A stretch of DNA of 64,000 bases from Rhizodiscina lignyota (taxonomy: Eukaryota): NCBI GenBank assembly GCA_010015805.1, contig ML978124.1, positions 1,364,001 through 1,428,000 of the forward strand, in the 5' to 3' direction. Below, in pieces: positions 50,943 through 62,791 of this stretch (position 1 is its first letter; the number at the start of each line of letters is the position of its first letter). A program made the translations under genes and the position numbers. The notes beneath the pieces were generated by a model. The model did no database searches. It had not been told where the DNA came from and was given only the letters and a program-made list of their open reading frames with translations.

Positions 50943-51085
50943 CGAGACACAGGTGGCATTCAGAGGAGGGGCTGCCTCGAGGCACAGATAACGATCAAAG
51001 GAGGAGCTGCCTCGAGACACAGGTAACAGTCAAACGAGGAATGGCCTCATCGAGGCGTATGTAGCAATCAAACGAGGATTTGCTC
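50943..51085. repeat. 35-bp tandem repeat, 4 degenerate copies
   Basis: CGAGRCACAGRT...TCA...GAGG..CTGCCT units starting at 50943, 50978, 51013, 51051. Confidence 0.85.
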
Positions 51086-51092
51086 CATAACT

Positions 51093-51809
51093 TCAATCAC
51101 CAGATCTCGCCTTGCTGTTGATATTGCCGAAGTCTTCGATATTGCCGTCATTCTGCGTTTCCTCCCTTTTCAGGACCACTTTACGCTTAGGATTCGGAGA
51201 GGAGCCAGACGCCTTTAAAAGACTTTCGTTTCCCTCCTGATCGGCGGTTCCATTGTCTCCGGTAAGATTGGTGATGAGCCTTATTTTAGCTTCCGCACGC
51301 TTGAGCCGATCGTCGAAATCAGCAACCGAGTCTTCGTCATTCTGTGTCGAGAATGTCGCTGGCTCTGTAAGAGCATGGAGCGTCCTGATATGTCGCTCAA
51401 GTCTCTCCCTACTTGGTAGTGGAGATAGCACTTGCGAGGTCCTTGGACTTGAAATTGAATCCCGTGATTCTAATTTAACAGCACTGTCATTCAAAGAAGC
51501 CTCTTCCATGGCTGATGCGAGAGCTGTGTCGGGGACTAGTTCCTGGTCGTCTTTGGATGACTCTGGTCCGCTCTCGCTTGAATATTGGTTCTTGATCTTC
51601 TCTAATCTTTGGGTCCATATCGTAGCTTTCCCATGAAGCTTGCCCATAGCCACAAACTTCTCGAATCCTTTTTCAAGGCCGAAAATCCTGCCTTCAATTC
51701 TACCTGCTCTTGAGCCATCTGCAACACCCTGCTCATAGCCTTCGCTATAATACTGATCTTCTAGGTTGAGGAGACTGTCAAAAGGATCTCCATTCGATTC
51801 CGGAGCCAT
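51093..51809 (-). CDS. LTO1: Yae1_N/DUF1715 protein, Lto1/ORAOV1-like (ABCE1 Fe-S maturation adaptor)
   Basis: DPFDSLLNLEDQYYSEGYEQG...GRIEGRIFGLEKGFEKF deca-GX3 motif. Confidence 0.75.
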   Translation of the reverse strand: MAPESNGDPFDSLLNLEDQYYSEGYEQGVADGSRAGRIEGRIFGLEKGFEKFVAMGKLHGKATIWTQRLEKIKNQYSSESGPESSKDDQELVPDTALASAMEEASLNDSAVKLESRDSISSPRTSQVLSPLPSRERLERHIRTLHALTEPATFSTQNDEDSVADFDDRLKRAEAKIRLITNLTGDNGTADQEGNESLLKASGSSPNPKRKVVLKREETQNDGNIEDFGNINSKARSGD

Positions 51810-52213
51810 GGTAGAATTGTTCTATTTTTGAGTGCAGAATGTTCCATCGCGCACGACATATTTCCATTTTGAGGCTAGCCGTATCGGGAATGGCCGTTTG
51901 TGGAGCCGCACGGTCGAGCTTGCCTGTGAAGCTGGGCTGGGTGTGTGTCACTCTCGAAATCCAATATTTGACTCACGATTTCACGAAACTGCATGCTACT
52001 ACTCTCACGACTAGAACTTTCTCACAAATTTGTAACCGCGCTTCTCCTAGCTCACATTTGTGCATCGCACATTGGCCAAGGCCGAACGTTCGACTCATTT
52101 TCGTCCATTGTGAACTAGCAATCGAGTTTCGTCTGAAAGTTCCAGCACCTCAAAACCTCGATTCTCCTCTCCGAATACAGATTGGATAGATCCTTCAACA
52201 ATCGAACAAGACT

Positions 52214-54178
52214 ATGGGGAGCTTAGAAGAGAAGATTCTTCCCGTCGAGGGAAAGCGCAACATTCTGATTACCAGTGCGCTTCCCTACGTCAACAATGTC
52301 CCCCACTTGGGCAACATCATAGGAAGTGTCCTTTCAGCAGATGTCTTTGCAAGATATTGCAAAGCGCGGGGCCTGCAAACACTCTTTGTTTGCGGAACAG
52401 ACGAATACGGCACTGCGACCGAGACGAAAGCGATCGAGGAGGGCTTGACTCCACAGCAGCTGTGCGACAAGTATCACAAACTACACACTGACGTATATGA
52501 ATGGTTCAACATCGGATTCGACAAGTGGGGCAGGACCCCGACACAGCAGCAAACGGATATTGCGCAAGACATATTTACGAAGCTGTATCAGAACGGCTAC
52601 TTGGAGGAGAAGACTACAACGCAACCGTACTGTGACGCAGAAGATGCTCGGGGAGGCAAGCATGGCTTTCTGGCTGATCGATTCGTGGAGGGCACATGCC
52701 CTCGGTGTGGGTACGAAGACGCGCGAGGAGATCAGTGCGATAAATGTGGGAGCCTTCTGGATCCGCTGGAGTTGATCGGTCCACGATGTAAAATCCACCC
52801 CACTACTACGCCGGTGCCCCGAGAGACGAAGCATGTTTTCATATTGTTGGACAAGCTACAACCCCTGATCGAAGAATGGTCAAGGAAAGCATCAAAAGAA
52901 GGAGAGTGGTCATCCAATGGCAAGAGTATAACGGAGAAGTGGCTAAACGAGGGCTTGAAGCCGCGTGGCATCACTCGCGACTTGAAGTGGGGAACAGCAG
53001 TGCCTCTACCTGGCTACGAAGAGAAGGTGTTGTACGTCTGGTTTGATGCTTGCATCGGTTACGTGTCCATCACTGCGACGTACACGGAAGAGTGGGAGAA
53101 ATGGTGGCGGAATCCGGAACACGTTCAGTTGTATCAGTTCATGGGCAAGGATAACGTGCCGTTCCATACAGTCATCTTCCCTGGATCGCAGATGGGAACG
53201 AAAGATAAGTGGACCATGCTCCACCACCTTTCGACAACTGAGTACCTGAATTATGAGAATGGGAAATTCTCAAAGTCACGAGGCATAGGAGTCTTCGGTA
53301 ACAACGCAAGGGACACCGGAATCCCAAGTGATGTCTGGCGATACTACCTTCTATCGCATCGCCCTGAAGCTGGTGACAGCGAGTTCGAATGGTCTGGATT
53401 TATCACAGCGAACAACAACACACTCGTTAACAATCTGGGTAACTTTATTAATCGCGTTATCAAATTTGCGGACAAGACATACAGCGGAGTGGTTCCAGAC
53501 TACACCAAATACAGTGACGAGTCCCTCCAAAACCACATTCAAGCGACAAACGAAGCTCTGGCGAAATACCTCGAATTCTCCGAGCAAGTCAAGCTAAAGG
53601 CGGCCCTCATGGAAGCACTGAACATCTCCTACCTCGGCAACAAATTCTTGCAGGACCACTCCTTGAGCAACAAGTTCGCAACCGAGCAGCCTGATAGATG
53701 CGCAGCAGTTGTGGGCTTGGCACTTAATCATGCGGCTCTCCTAGCTGGCCTTATTGGGCCCTACCTCCCCACTACCTCAGGTTCGATCGCTACTATGCTC
53801 TCGCTAGACAACAAAGTCCATGTGCCCATCCCGGACACGTTCGTCACGGACCTCCTGAAGCCGGGACACAAACTCGGTGAGCCGAAACTGCTCTTCACAG
53901 TCATCAAGCCCGACATGGAAGCGACATGGCGCGAGATGTTCGGAGGCGATGAGGCGCGGAAGGCACGCGAAGAAGCCGCTGCCGCCGCGAAGGCGAAATC
54001 TGATGCGAAGAAGGCAGAGAAGGAACGGAAGAAGGCCAAGAAGGCCGCCCAGCCGAAACAGGATGAGGGCAAGAGCGTAGAGGCAGCCGAGAAGGATGGC
54101 GCGGAGAAAGCGGATAGCAAGACCGCGATTGAGGAAGTTACTGATGGCGTTAAGCAGGCGACTTTGCAGACTTCGTGA
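52214..54178 (+). CDS. MES1: Cytoplasmic methionyl-tRNA synthetase; intronless
   Basis: TSALPYVNNVPHLGN, GTDEYGT, CPRC...CDKC knuckle, YVWFDA, GKDNVPFH, KFSKS. Confidence 0.97.
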   Translation: MGSLEEKILPVEGKRNILITSALPYVNNVPHLGNIIGSVLSADVFARYCKARGLQTLFVCGTDEYGTATETKAIEEGLTPQQLCDKYHKLHTDVYEWFNIGFDKWGRTPTQQQTDIAQDIFTKLYQNGYLEEKTTTQPYCDAEDARGGKHGFLADRFVEGTCPRCGYEDARGDQCDKCGSLLDPLELIGPRCKIHPTTTPVPRETKHVFILLDKLQPLIEEWSRKASKEGEWSSNGKSITEKWLNEGLKPRGITRDLKWGTAVPLPGYEEKVLYVWFDACIGYVSITATYTEEWEKWWRNPEHVQLYQFMGKDNVPFHTVIFPGSQMGTKDKWTMLHHLSTTEYLNYENGKFSKSRGIGVFGNNARDTGIPSDVWRYYLLSHRPEAGDSEFEWSGFITANNNTLVNNLGNFINRVIKFADKTYSGVVPDYTKYSDESLQNHIQATNEALAKYLEFSEQVKLKAALMEALNISYLGNKFLQDHSLSNKFATEQPDRCAAVVGLALNHAALLAGLIGPYLPTTSGSIATMLSLDNKVHVPIPDTFVTDLLKPGHKLGEPKLLFTVIKPDMEATWREMFGGDEARKAREEAAAAAKAKSDAKKAEKERKKAKKAAQPKQDEGKSVEAAEKDGAEKADSKTAIEEVTDGVKQATLQTS

Positions 54179-54299
54179 TTTGAGAGATTAGGCGGCGCAA
54201 TTATGTGTATTATAGAACGGGCTGTTTATGTGCATGAGCAATATGAGTGGATTCTGCGGCAAGTTCAACAGATGCTGCGCTGATGGTTGAAATTACTTC

Positions 54300-54730
54300 G
54301 AAGAGCAAACATTTGTGTAGTAATTCCTTAGTGCTCTGCAGGCGAAACACCCTCCCATATTCGTGTCAGCCTATTCTATAGAGCTCGTAGAGTAGACGAA
54401 AAACACTAATTTTACTTCTCTCATAATATATATTGTTCGAATCTCACTTTACGGAGTGTTAGGTAGATATACGTATAGGATAATAAGTCAGAGGATCAAA
54501 CATTTTCAATTCTTTAGGATTAACACGTTAGGGTTGATAAACCCTAAGTAACACTCTAACACCAACAATAAATACATGATAGGGTTAGGGTTATAACGAC
54601 CCCTAGCATTCTTAGAGTACTGCCCCAAAAACCCCTCTAAAGCCACGTTATGTAAGACAAATTCTCAAATATATTTGAAAGTACCTTACGCCGAAATCAT
54701 ACATTCGTCTATTTATTATTTCCATCTAAT
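54300..54730. other. AT/TpA-rich segment with telomere-like motifs
   Basis: Visibly AT-rich. TTAGGGTT-GATA-AACCCTAA inverted repeat 54528-54547; TAGGGTTAGGGTT 54580-54592. Confidence 0.55.
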
Positions 54731-55448
54731 CAAGAGCATTCCGAGCTGGGGACAAGTCGTCGTTGTCCTTTCCAATCATGTCGTGCTCCTCAGAGCATAA
54801 CCGGCTTGTAATCCAGAATGAATAATGGAATCGTCTTGAAATTTAGCAGCGAAAAGGAAGACTCCGGGTATTAGAAATTTTGCAATTGAGACGAATTTGA
54901 GTTTTGCTGCGTTGAATCAGTCTTCTACAGTAGTTTAGCATTAGCTAGCTCTACAGAGCATTCGCAAATGTAGCTTGCCCACAGTGTCACCTCACATTCA
55001 ACCAGTGGTTCTGACGGCTATCCAACAATAGCTCGAATCAGAAGCAAGAAATGTACACCCCGATGGGCCTCTCTGGCCTTATGATGAGATTGGGTCTGAT
55101 TGCCAATCCATTCCAGAGTGTAGCAAATGTCGATTCAACTACAGCACTAACTTACGACGGCTAGTTAATTCCCGACGACGAGATTCGGCTCCAACGTGCC
55201 GTTCGACCCATGATTGTCTTTTAAGATAGCCATGTCCGCCACTGGTCAGCTACTTGTAGACGGCGTTGCTCTTTTCTGCTCTTTCCATCGGCTTCTTGCC
55301 GGTCTTCTCCCCATTAGAAAACTACAACATCGGTCCGTTTCCGATATCGCAGACCTTGGATAATATTTGGATCATCATCATTTCCATCCCATCTTCAGCA
55401 TGCATATGATATTTCACATGTAATTTATAACCATTTTCCCTGATAAAC

Positions 55449-56948
55449 ATGGAATCAAAAGATCTCGAAGCTTTAGCATCCTCCGCAGAAGAGAAAGAAC
55501 CGGAGCTTGACCATCTCACCGCATCGGTTTCGGTCTCAGAGCCGCACACGATATTCACCTTTGGCCAAAGATGTTTTATCTGCGGCATGGTCTGCGTAGC
55601 TGCGACCTTCTCTTCGTTTGCAGGAAATGTATATTATCCCGCTATCCCAAGCATTGCGAAGGACCTTTCTGTCACCAGTGAATTAGTCAATCTGACTGTC
55701 ACCGCATACATGATATTCCAAGGAATGTCACCGACTTTTTGGGGCGCTTTGAGCGACACTATGGGGAGAAGAGTCACGTATATAAGCACGTTTGTGGTTT
55801 TTATTTGCGCTTGCATTGGACTGGCAGAAACAAAGCATTATTATCAGCTCGTTATCCTTCGATGTCTTCAGAGCACCGGAAGCGCGAGCACCATAGCCAT
55901 TGGCGCAGGTGTAATTGGCGATCTCACAGTACGTGAGAACCGAGGAGGATGGATGGGCGTGTACCAAGGTTTCTTCCTCATGCCAAATGCGATTGGCCCT
56001 GTCGTGGGCGGTCTCTTCTCGGCGACTCTGGGCTGGAGATGGATCTTTTGGTTCTTGACAATCTTCTCCGGGGCATTCCTTGCCTTACTTATTTTATTCC
56101 TACCAGAGACATTGAGGAATTTGGTCGGCAATGGTTCACTACGAGCCAGAGGGCCCGCACGATCTATCCTCGGGGATTGGCGTCGTCGACAGTACCTGAA
56201 GCAGCATCCAATGCCGCACCTTGAGCGAACAAAATCACCAATGTTCGTCAAGAGGAAGATCGACTTCATGGCACCTCTTCGAATCGTCTTCGGGGGCGAG
56301 GTGACCTGCGCAATCCTCTTCCTATCATGTGCTTACACCCTCTGGCAGATGGTCATGGCGGCAATGTCCACGCTTATTCAACGACAATACGGACTGAACG
56401 ACATCGACACCGGCCTCACCTTCCTATGCAACGGCTTCGGTTGTATGATTGGCACAATCATCACGGGCAAACTCCTCGACATCGACTACCGCAAAACCAA
56501 AGCGAGGTACACTGGCCCGCCAGAAGACTTTCCCATTGAGCAAACACGACTCCGAACCGTCTGGTTCTATACCGGTATGCAAGCCGCATCAGCAGTTGTG
56601 TTCGGCTGGACGCTCGACAAGAAAGTGCACCTGTCCGTCCCGCTCATTGCAGGCTTCTTCTTGGGTTGGGCCGCGACGGCCATTCAATCCGTCGTGACGA
56701 CGCTCCTCGTCGACATATTCAACAAGCAGAGCGCTTCGGCTACGGCCGCGCTGAATCTGGCGCGGTGCTTAGTCGGGGCGGGCGGCACTGCGGCGATTCT
56801 CCCGATTGTGAACGCTATTGGCGCTGGATGGGCGTTCACGCTGTTCGCTATGGTTCTGGTGCTCGCGCTGGGCTTGCTGGTGGTGCAGCTGCGATATGGT
56901 CCCAAGTGGAGGAAGAGGAGACAAGCAAAACAAACGCTTAAAGAATAG
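55449..56948 (+). CDS. MFS drug:H+ antiporter DHA1 (Qdr-like), 12 TM; intronless
   Basis: YYPAIPSIA, LSDTMGRR, GAGVIGD, GWRWIFW, LPETLR, ALNLARC. Confidence 0.92.
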   Translation: MESKDLEALASSAEEKEPELDHLTASVSVSEPHTIFTFGQRCFICGMVCVAATFSSFAGNVYYPAIPSIAKDLSVTSELVNLTVTAYMIFQGMSPTFWGALSDTMGRRVTYISTFVVFICACIGLAETKHYYQLVILRCLQSTGSASTIAIGAGVIGDLTVRENRGGWMGVYQGFFLMPNAIGPVVGGLFSATLGWRWIFWFLTIFSGAFLALLILFLPETLRNLVGNGSLRARGPARSILGDWRRRQYLKQHPMPHLERTKSPMFVKRKIDFMAPLRIVFGGEVTCAILFLSCAYTLWQMVMAAMSTLIQRQYGLNDIDTGLTFLCNGFGCMIGTIITGKLLDIDYRKTKARYTGPPEDFPIEQTRLRTVWFYTGMQAASAVVFGWTLDKKVHLSVPLIAGFFLGWAATAIQSVVTTLLVDIFNKQSASATAALNLARCLVGAGGTAAILPIVNAIGAGWAFTLFAMVLVLALGLLVVQLRYGPKWRKRRQAKQTLKE

Positions 56949-57574
56949 TTGTGGGCATTTTGAGCGACATAGATCATGTAGAAGATGCCGCTGTTTGATT
57001 CTGTTAGAATATACTCCTAGACTTAGGCATTCTCCTGTTGCATATGTAGTTGAGTCTCGGATCAGTTAGAGTGCTTGCAGTAGCACTCCTCGCTCTTTGA
57101 AGGCTCCAGTGGTGAATCTTGGATCGCAACCGAAGCCCGACCGCAACCCTGTATCATCGTTCATAAGTATCTGCCCCTTCCTTCTCTAACCGCTTGGCAG
57201 GGGCAGGTTTCCCAATCTCAGATCTTCTTCTGTGACATCCCCCTTTGCACGATCGATAAATGCAAAATCAAATTAACCGTACGTCTTATCATGAAGGGAA
57301 ACAACATCTATTCCAAGAGGAAGTGGACCAGGAAGTGCCTCACCGTCCATTATGCCGGAACGTTCTCATCTGATTGAGACCCAAGCCAAATGACAGCCCA
57401 GGTGGCTTCCGAAAAGACATCTGGCATACACTTCACTTGGCTGCTACGTTCGTTGAGATCTTTTTGGTTAATGAAAGTAGTAAAATGAGACAAGTAATCA
57501 GCTTTCCTCAGTCGTGCTCATGGCAGATCATCCATTCCCGCCTGTCCCTTCTCAGCCACAAAGAGACATTGTCC

Positions 57575-57815
57575 TGCCAGCCCTTCCTCTGGTTCTTCTG
57601 TGCTATTATTGCCAGCATCACAGTAGGCAAATATGGCTGCAAAGCTGGTATCTACTTTGGTTGCGCAATTTCCAGCGCTGGTGGGACTGTCCAGGGGGCG
57701 ACGTATTTGCTCAGATGTACACCGGACATCTACTTAAGGGTTTGACCGTCGGAAGCACAGCCATGTAAGTGTTCTGTCCGACAATGGCTACTAGCCAGTC
57801 GTCGGACTAACTAGG
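57575..57815 (+). pseudogene. Fragment of a sugar-porter-like MFS gene (TM2-TM4) with frameshift and intron relic
   Basis: FCAIIASITVGKYGCKAGIYFGCAISSAGGTVQGA, frameshift, AQMYTGHLLKGLTVG (decayed D-R-x-G-R-K and GR..G..VG motifs). Followed by GTAAGT...GACTAACTAG. Confidence 0.5.
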
Positions 57816-58168
57816 CCCCGATTATTATCGTGTTTTTTATGCGATTAAATGTTAGGAATCGACTCACATCTTCGCTGCTTGGATTGTCTGCCACCTCCGA
57901 GACTCGGCGGACGAAGAGGATGGCTTGCACCTCCACGGCTTCATAGATGAAAAAGAATACGCCCGAGGCTTGAGCCCGAGAGCCCCTTGATTTATAATAG
58001 GCAATTTTCTTGATCCTCAAATACTCTCAATGTCGAGCCCAAAATGCGCTTTAGAATCAAATCCTGAGATACCTTTCCCGAGTGTCGACAGAACCGCTAC
58101 CATACGGCGTTGCAACCAATTCATTAGGCAAGGCCCTTTTCGACGCAAGGCACCATACCCAGAGTACA

Positions 58169-60006
58169 ATGGCGGATCCCGATTTTGAACTCGAAAAGAC
58201 ACTGCCCGGAGATAATTCCTCGCAAGATTCGAAACCACTGGACGCAGAGAAGCAGCTACAACATACTGGAGATGCAAGAGCAGTCGAGGCTCTAGACGAG
58301 CCCACGGAAGAATATCCACACGGCACACGCCTTACCATCATCGTGGTATCTCTTATGCTCAGTACTTTCTTGATAGCTTTGGACAATGTCAGTGACTACT
58401 CCTCTACAAAAGTATCGTACGCTAATGCTCTCGCAAGACTATTGTTGGCACGGCAATTCCGAAAATCACAGACGAGTTCCATGGTCTAGACAAGGTGTCG
58501 TGGTATGGATCGGCATATTTCATGACCTTTGGTGGATTTCAGTCTCCCTGGGGCAAATTTTTCAAATATTTCCCAATAAAGACGTACTTTATTGCGGCGA
58601 TGGGGATCTTCGAGGTTGGCAGTCTAATATGCGGAGTTGCTCAGGGACCTACAACCTTGATCGTTGGACGAGCCATCGCAGGATTTGGCGGCGCTGGAAT
58701 CTCCACAGGCGCATTCACTATGATCGGCTTCATTGCCGAGCCACAAAAGCGGCCTCAATTGATAGGTTTCACAGGAGCTACGTATGGCATCGCCGCTGTG
58801 CTCGGTCCCCTCGTCGGCGGCGCCTTCTCGGACAAAGTCAGCTGGCGATGGTGCTTCTATATCAATTTGCCAATTGGCGGCTTGGCCGCCTTGATGATTC
58901 TACTCTTTTTTCACACTCCGAGTAGTGCGAAGCCAGTTCCTGCCGGTTGGAAGGAGAAGCTCTTGCAGATGGACCTTGTTGGTGCGTCTCTCGTCATGGG
59001 ATTGATAATCTCATATATCCTGGCGCTCCAGTACGGTGGCCAGACCAAGCCTTGGGATAGCAGCGTTGTAATCGGTCTGCTCGTTGGTTCCTTTGCAATG
59101 GCTGTTGTCTGTGTCGTTTGGGAGATCCTTCAGGGCGAGCGTGCCATGATAGTGCCGCGATTGGTATGTTTCCATGATGTGTCAAGTTCAATCCAGAATC
59201 CCGCTAATTTGCTCTGCTCAATCCAGTTCAAACAACGCACTGTTTGGGTCAGCTGCATCTTCCAATTCTTCTTTGCTGGGTCGTATTTCACCATCCTTTA
59301 CTATTTGCCGATTTATTTTCAAAGCGTCTACAACGTCAGCCCTGTCGGATCAGGCGTGCGCAACTTGCCATTGATCATTATGCTTACGATATCTGCCACT
59401 CTCCAAGGCGTCGCGTTATCTAAAGTTGGCTATGCCGCTCCATTCTTGGTTATTGGTGCTGCACTCGGCGCGATTAGCTCTGGCCTCTTTTACACGCTGG
59501 GCGTCGACACCTCTGCCGGCAAATGGATCGGCTATCAAATTATTTGCGGTCTTGCTGTCGGGGCAACATTCCAGACTTCCATCGCAGTCGTTCAGGTCAA
59601 CGCGAAACCCGAGGATATGTCATCTTCCACCGCCATGATCTTTTGTAAGTGTCCCCTTTTGTGGGTAGTACATTGAATAACAATGTGCTTAGTCTTCCAA
59701 ATGATTGGCGGGTCGTTCTGCCTTTCAGCAGCGCAGTCAGGCTTCAACAACAGAATGCTTTCCGTGCTTGCTTCCACGGCTCCTGGTGTCAAACCCGCGG
59801 CAGTCCTCGCGACCGGCGCTACACAGATTCGCTCGGCGTTCACATCTGCCCAGGTCCCAGGTGTTGTTGCTGCGTACATGGCAGGTCTTCAGGTTGTCTT
59901 TGCGATTACGATCGGCACGTTTGGGTTGGCCTGCCTGACTGGTTTGCTCGGGGGATGGAAGAGGCTTCATGCGGCGGATTTGAAGAATGCTGGTGGTGCT
60001 GCTTAG
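58169..60006 (+). CDS. MFS DHA2 (14 TM) toxin efflux pump, GliA/AflT/ToxA-like
   Basis: FLIALDN-TIVGTAIPKIT, WYGSAY, GRAIAGFGGAG, SWRWCFYINLPIGG, YYLPIYFQ, GKWIGYQI. 3 introns. Confidence 0.92.
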
Positions 60007-60300
60007 GCATTGTCCAGTGCAACTCTTGCGCTTCACATGCCGGCAATTCCAAGAAGAAGCTGGAGAAAATGCAGCACAACTAAGAGCTCGGGATGGACGC
60101 TTTGCTGTTTATTAAGGCTAGAATGTATTTTCTACGACTTGAATTCCGCCTTCGCGGGACCGACCCTTTTCATTTGTTCATTACCATTTCCTTTAATGCA
60201 TAAAATTTCTAATACCGGCCAGCTCTTGCCTCGGAATCCATCTTTGCTATGTCCAAGTCGCTCCAGTCGGCATCCCTCCTCCATCAGAAAACTTATCCCC

Positions 60301-62640
60301 TCATCGAGTCATCAAGCTGTCAAAGAAGGCGGTGTCGACACCCTGGAATGCCCAATCATGCATGCTTGCAGCAACACCGGGGTATAGATCTTGTTGCTGC
60401 ATAAATTCGTCTCCGACAAGTGCACCGGAAAGTTGTGCAGCGTCCAGGGTAGCATATAACTCTCCAATCTGTGGTCTTGCCAAAGGCTGAAGAGATGAAG
60501 GTGAAAGACTATGAACGTAGTTATGACCACCAAGACTTGCCGGGACATCCACGGCTGGCTGGCCCGAATCGCTCGCAAGTATGTGGTTGGCAACGTGGAC
60601 TGACCCTATGCCGCCTATCGTAATGGGCCCTTCGACATCCTGAGCATGAGAAGGTGACGTCACTAATGTTTCCACCCGCTTGATGCCTTCGTGAGAAATG
60701 CTGATATTACCAAAGTAGGGAATGGTAATAAGGAGTGCGTTAACGTCATCCTCATGATTACTTTCATTCCGTCGGACGTTGTGCGTACTCTGATCCTGGC
60801 CTTGGGCGGCGTGTACCTCGACCTGCAGCAGGTGTTGCAGCAAACGAGCGCACCTGGCGGCCAGCATGTCCAAATTGAGCTTGGAACTCACTTCCATCTT
60901 CTCCAGCGCCTTCTCGACAGTGGCACGATCAGCAAGCCGCTGATGTGCCAGAATATTTGCCATGCCCTTATGGCGACGGTGGCTGTCGAGATGCGCGAGA
61001 ATTAGAGTCATACCTGCGACCAGGGCGAGGAAATCGGCCAGCCTGCAGCAGGCCGTGACAGGATTGAAGGTACGGAAGGCAACAAATCGCGTCAGGATCT
61101 CACGGCTGGCGTTTACGCCGGTGACCCTGGAATATTCGGTCTTGTGCTCGCCGCCTGGACAGAGCAAGAATGGTAGATGCAGCTGGTTGAGCAGGGTATA
61201 GTGAAATATCTGATCTTTGATGCGCATACTCTCCCAGTATGCCTCTGGTGAATCCTTCTCCAAACCTGCGAAATTCGGCGGCTCCCAGTACTTGGGCGGC
61301 AGGCTTTCGGCAACCTCAAGTAGCTCCTTGTCAATGTCTCGCGTCAGGTCGATAGCACGCTGCGATTTACCAAGCTGGTTACGTTCGAGAATCCTCGCGG
61401 ATATCACGGCGTGGAGGCGTTCTAGCCGGTCACTCGGCTCGTCGCTCGCCGTTGTTGTATCATCAGATCCCAGGATCACATCGTAGTCACCTTGAGGAAG
61501 ACCGAGCATTACAGAGAGGAAGCGATCCATGTACACAATTTGGAACCACATAAATTGTGGATCAATGTTGGTGCTGGATTCAATCACCGCCACTGGAGGA
61601 CTGCATGGGCGATGGATGCCCATCAACTGTGCTGCCCCCATGGCTCTTCTGAATGCGAGCCAGGCTCGTCGAATGTTACCACAGTCTAGGTGATAGAACC
61701 CCTCAAGTAGGACGCACTCTAGGCTCTCCATCGTACCCAATAGCTCTTCGCTTTTGGTCACCAGGTTGATTGCCGTATCCGCAAGTCTCTCCATGATGAC
61801 GCGATGAGGTTCCGATAGGCCATGGACGTGTTCATGGGGGGAAATGCGCAGCAGATGTGAAGCAAACATGAGCATCCTTTTGGCTAACAGGACCGGATGA
61901 GTGTGAGGACTGGGCATCTCCGCGAGCTTGGCCTCTTCATCGAACCCTTCACGACGCAGTTGGCTCCGCGACTTGACGTTGACCTGGTGACAAAACGTCG
62001 TAGTCCCATTGCCCATCCTGAGTATGATAGCAATGTCTTCCCGGGAAGGATATGCTGCAAGGAGAGCTTGCGAGACTTTTTCATATTTGCCTGCATCAGA
62101 AGTGGAGGTTCTGGCGGGTGTGGGCGTCTGAGAAGCTGGCGTGCGAAATGCCGACGTCGAGTGATGTGCGCCTTCGTTTGCTTGAGGGAAACTTTCCTGG
62201 AGAGATTTTTAGCAACCAGTGACGGAAGTTTGAGTGGTTGTGCCCACCGGCGAGAGCTCATTCAAGGACATGAACGGGGTGTGCTCAGAGTCAACAGGCG
62301 TGGGAGCAGCAGGTCTAGGTCTTCGGCCTTCATCAGACGTTGACTGAGCTCCATCTCTTGCAGCACTATGATCGGCCTTCTCAACCAGCTGGCTTAGCAG
62401 CGCTTCGACGCGTATAATGCGGCCGGCACTATCCTCTACCTGACTGGGCTCTTCAGGCAGCTCCTGACTGATGCACTTTGTACTGCGCCGCTGACAGGTG
62501 ATGCACACTGCATCTGTGGCCGATGCAAACATGCACCGTACCTTTCTTCGCTTGCACTCCCAGCAGCTGTGCGTTCCCTTCCGCACTCTCCTGCGCTTGG
62601 CTTGAGGTTCAAGGCCCTCATGTTGCTCGTCGGAAGCCAT
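60301..62640 (-). CDS. Zn(II)2Cys6 transcription factor with fungal middle homology region
   Basis: RKGTHSCWECKRRKVRC...CITCQRRSTKC. A 51-nt intron at 62197-62247 removes the in-frame stop. Ends WAFQGVDTAFFDSL. Confidence 0.92.
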
Positions 62641-62791
62641 GTGTCCAGCGGATGAAGCTAATCGGGGCTGGGTGATTTCCGTACGCTTAGCTCCGTCCCA
62701 TTGCTCGTCGGAGATGCCTCTGAAGTCATTTATCGAGATGAATCAGTCCGATCAGTTGCGAATGAGGCGAGAACGTTTATTGCTGGATCGT

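Noticed and set aside
62197..62247. Apparent premature stop or split of the Zn2Cys6 ORF
   Set aside because: The stop lies in a normal 51-nt intron (GTGGGC...GCTAA...CAG); the frame is preserved.
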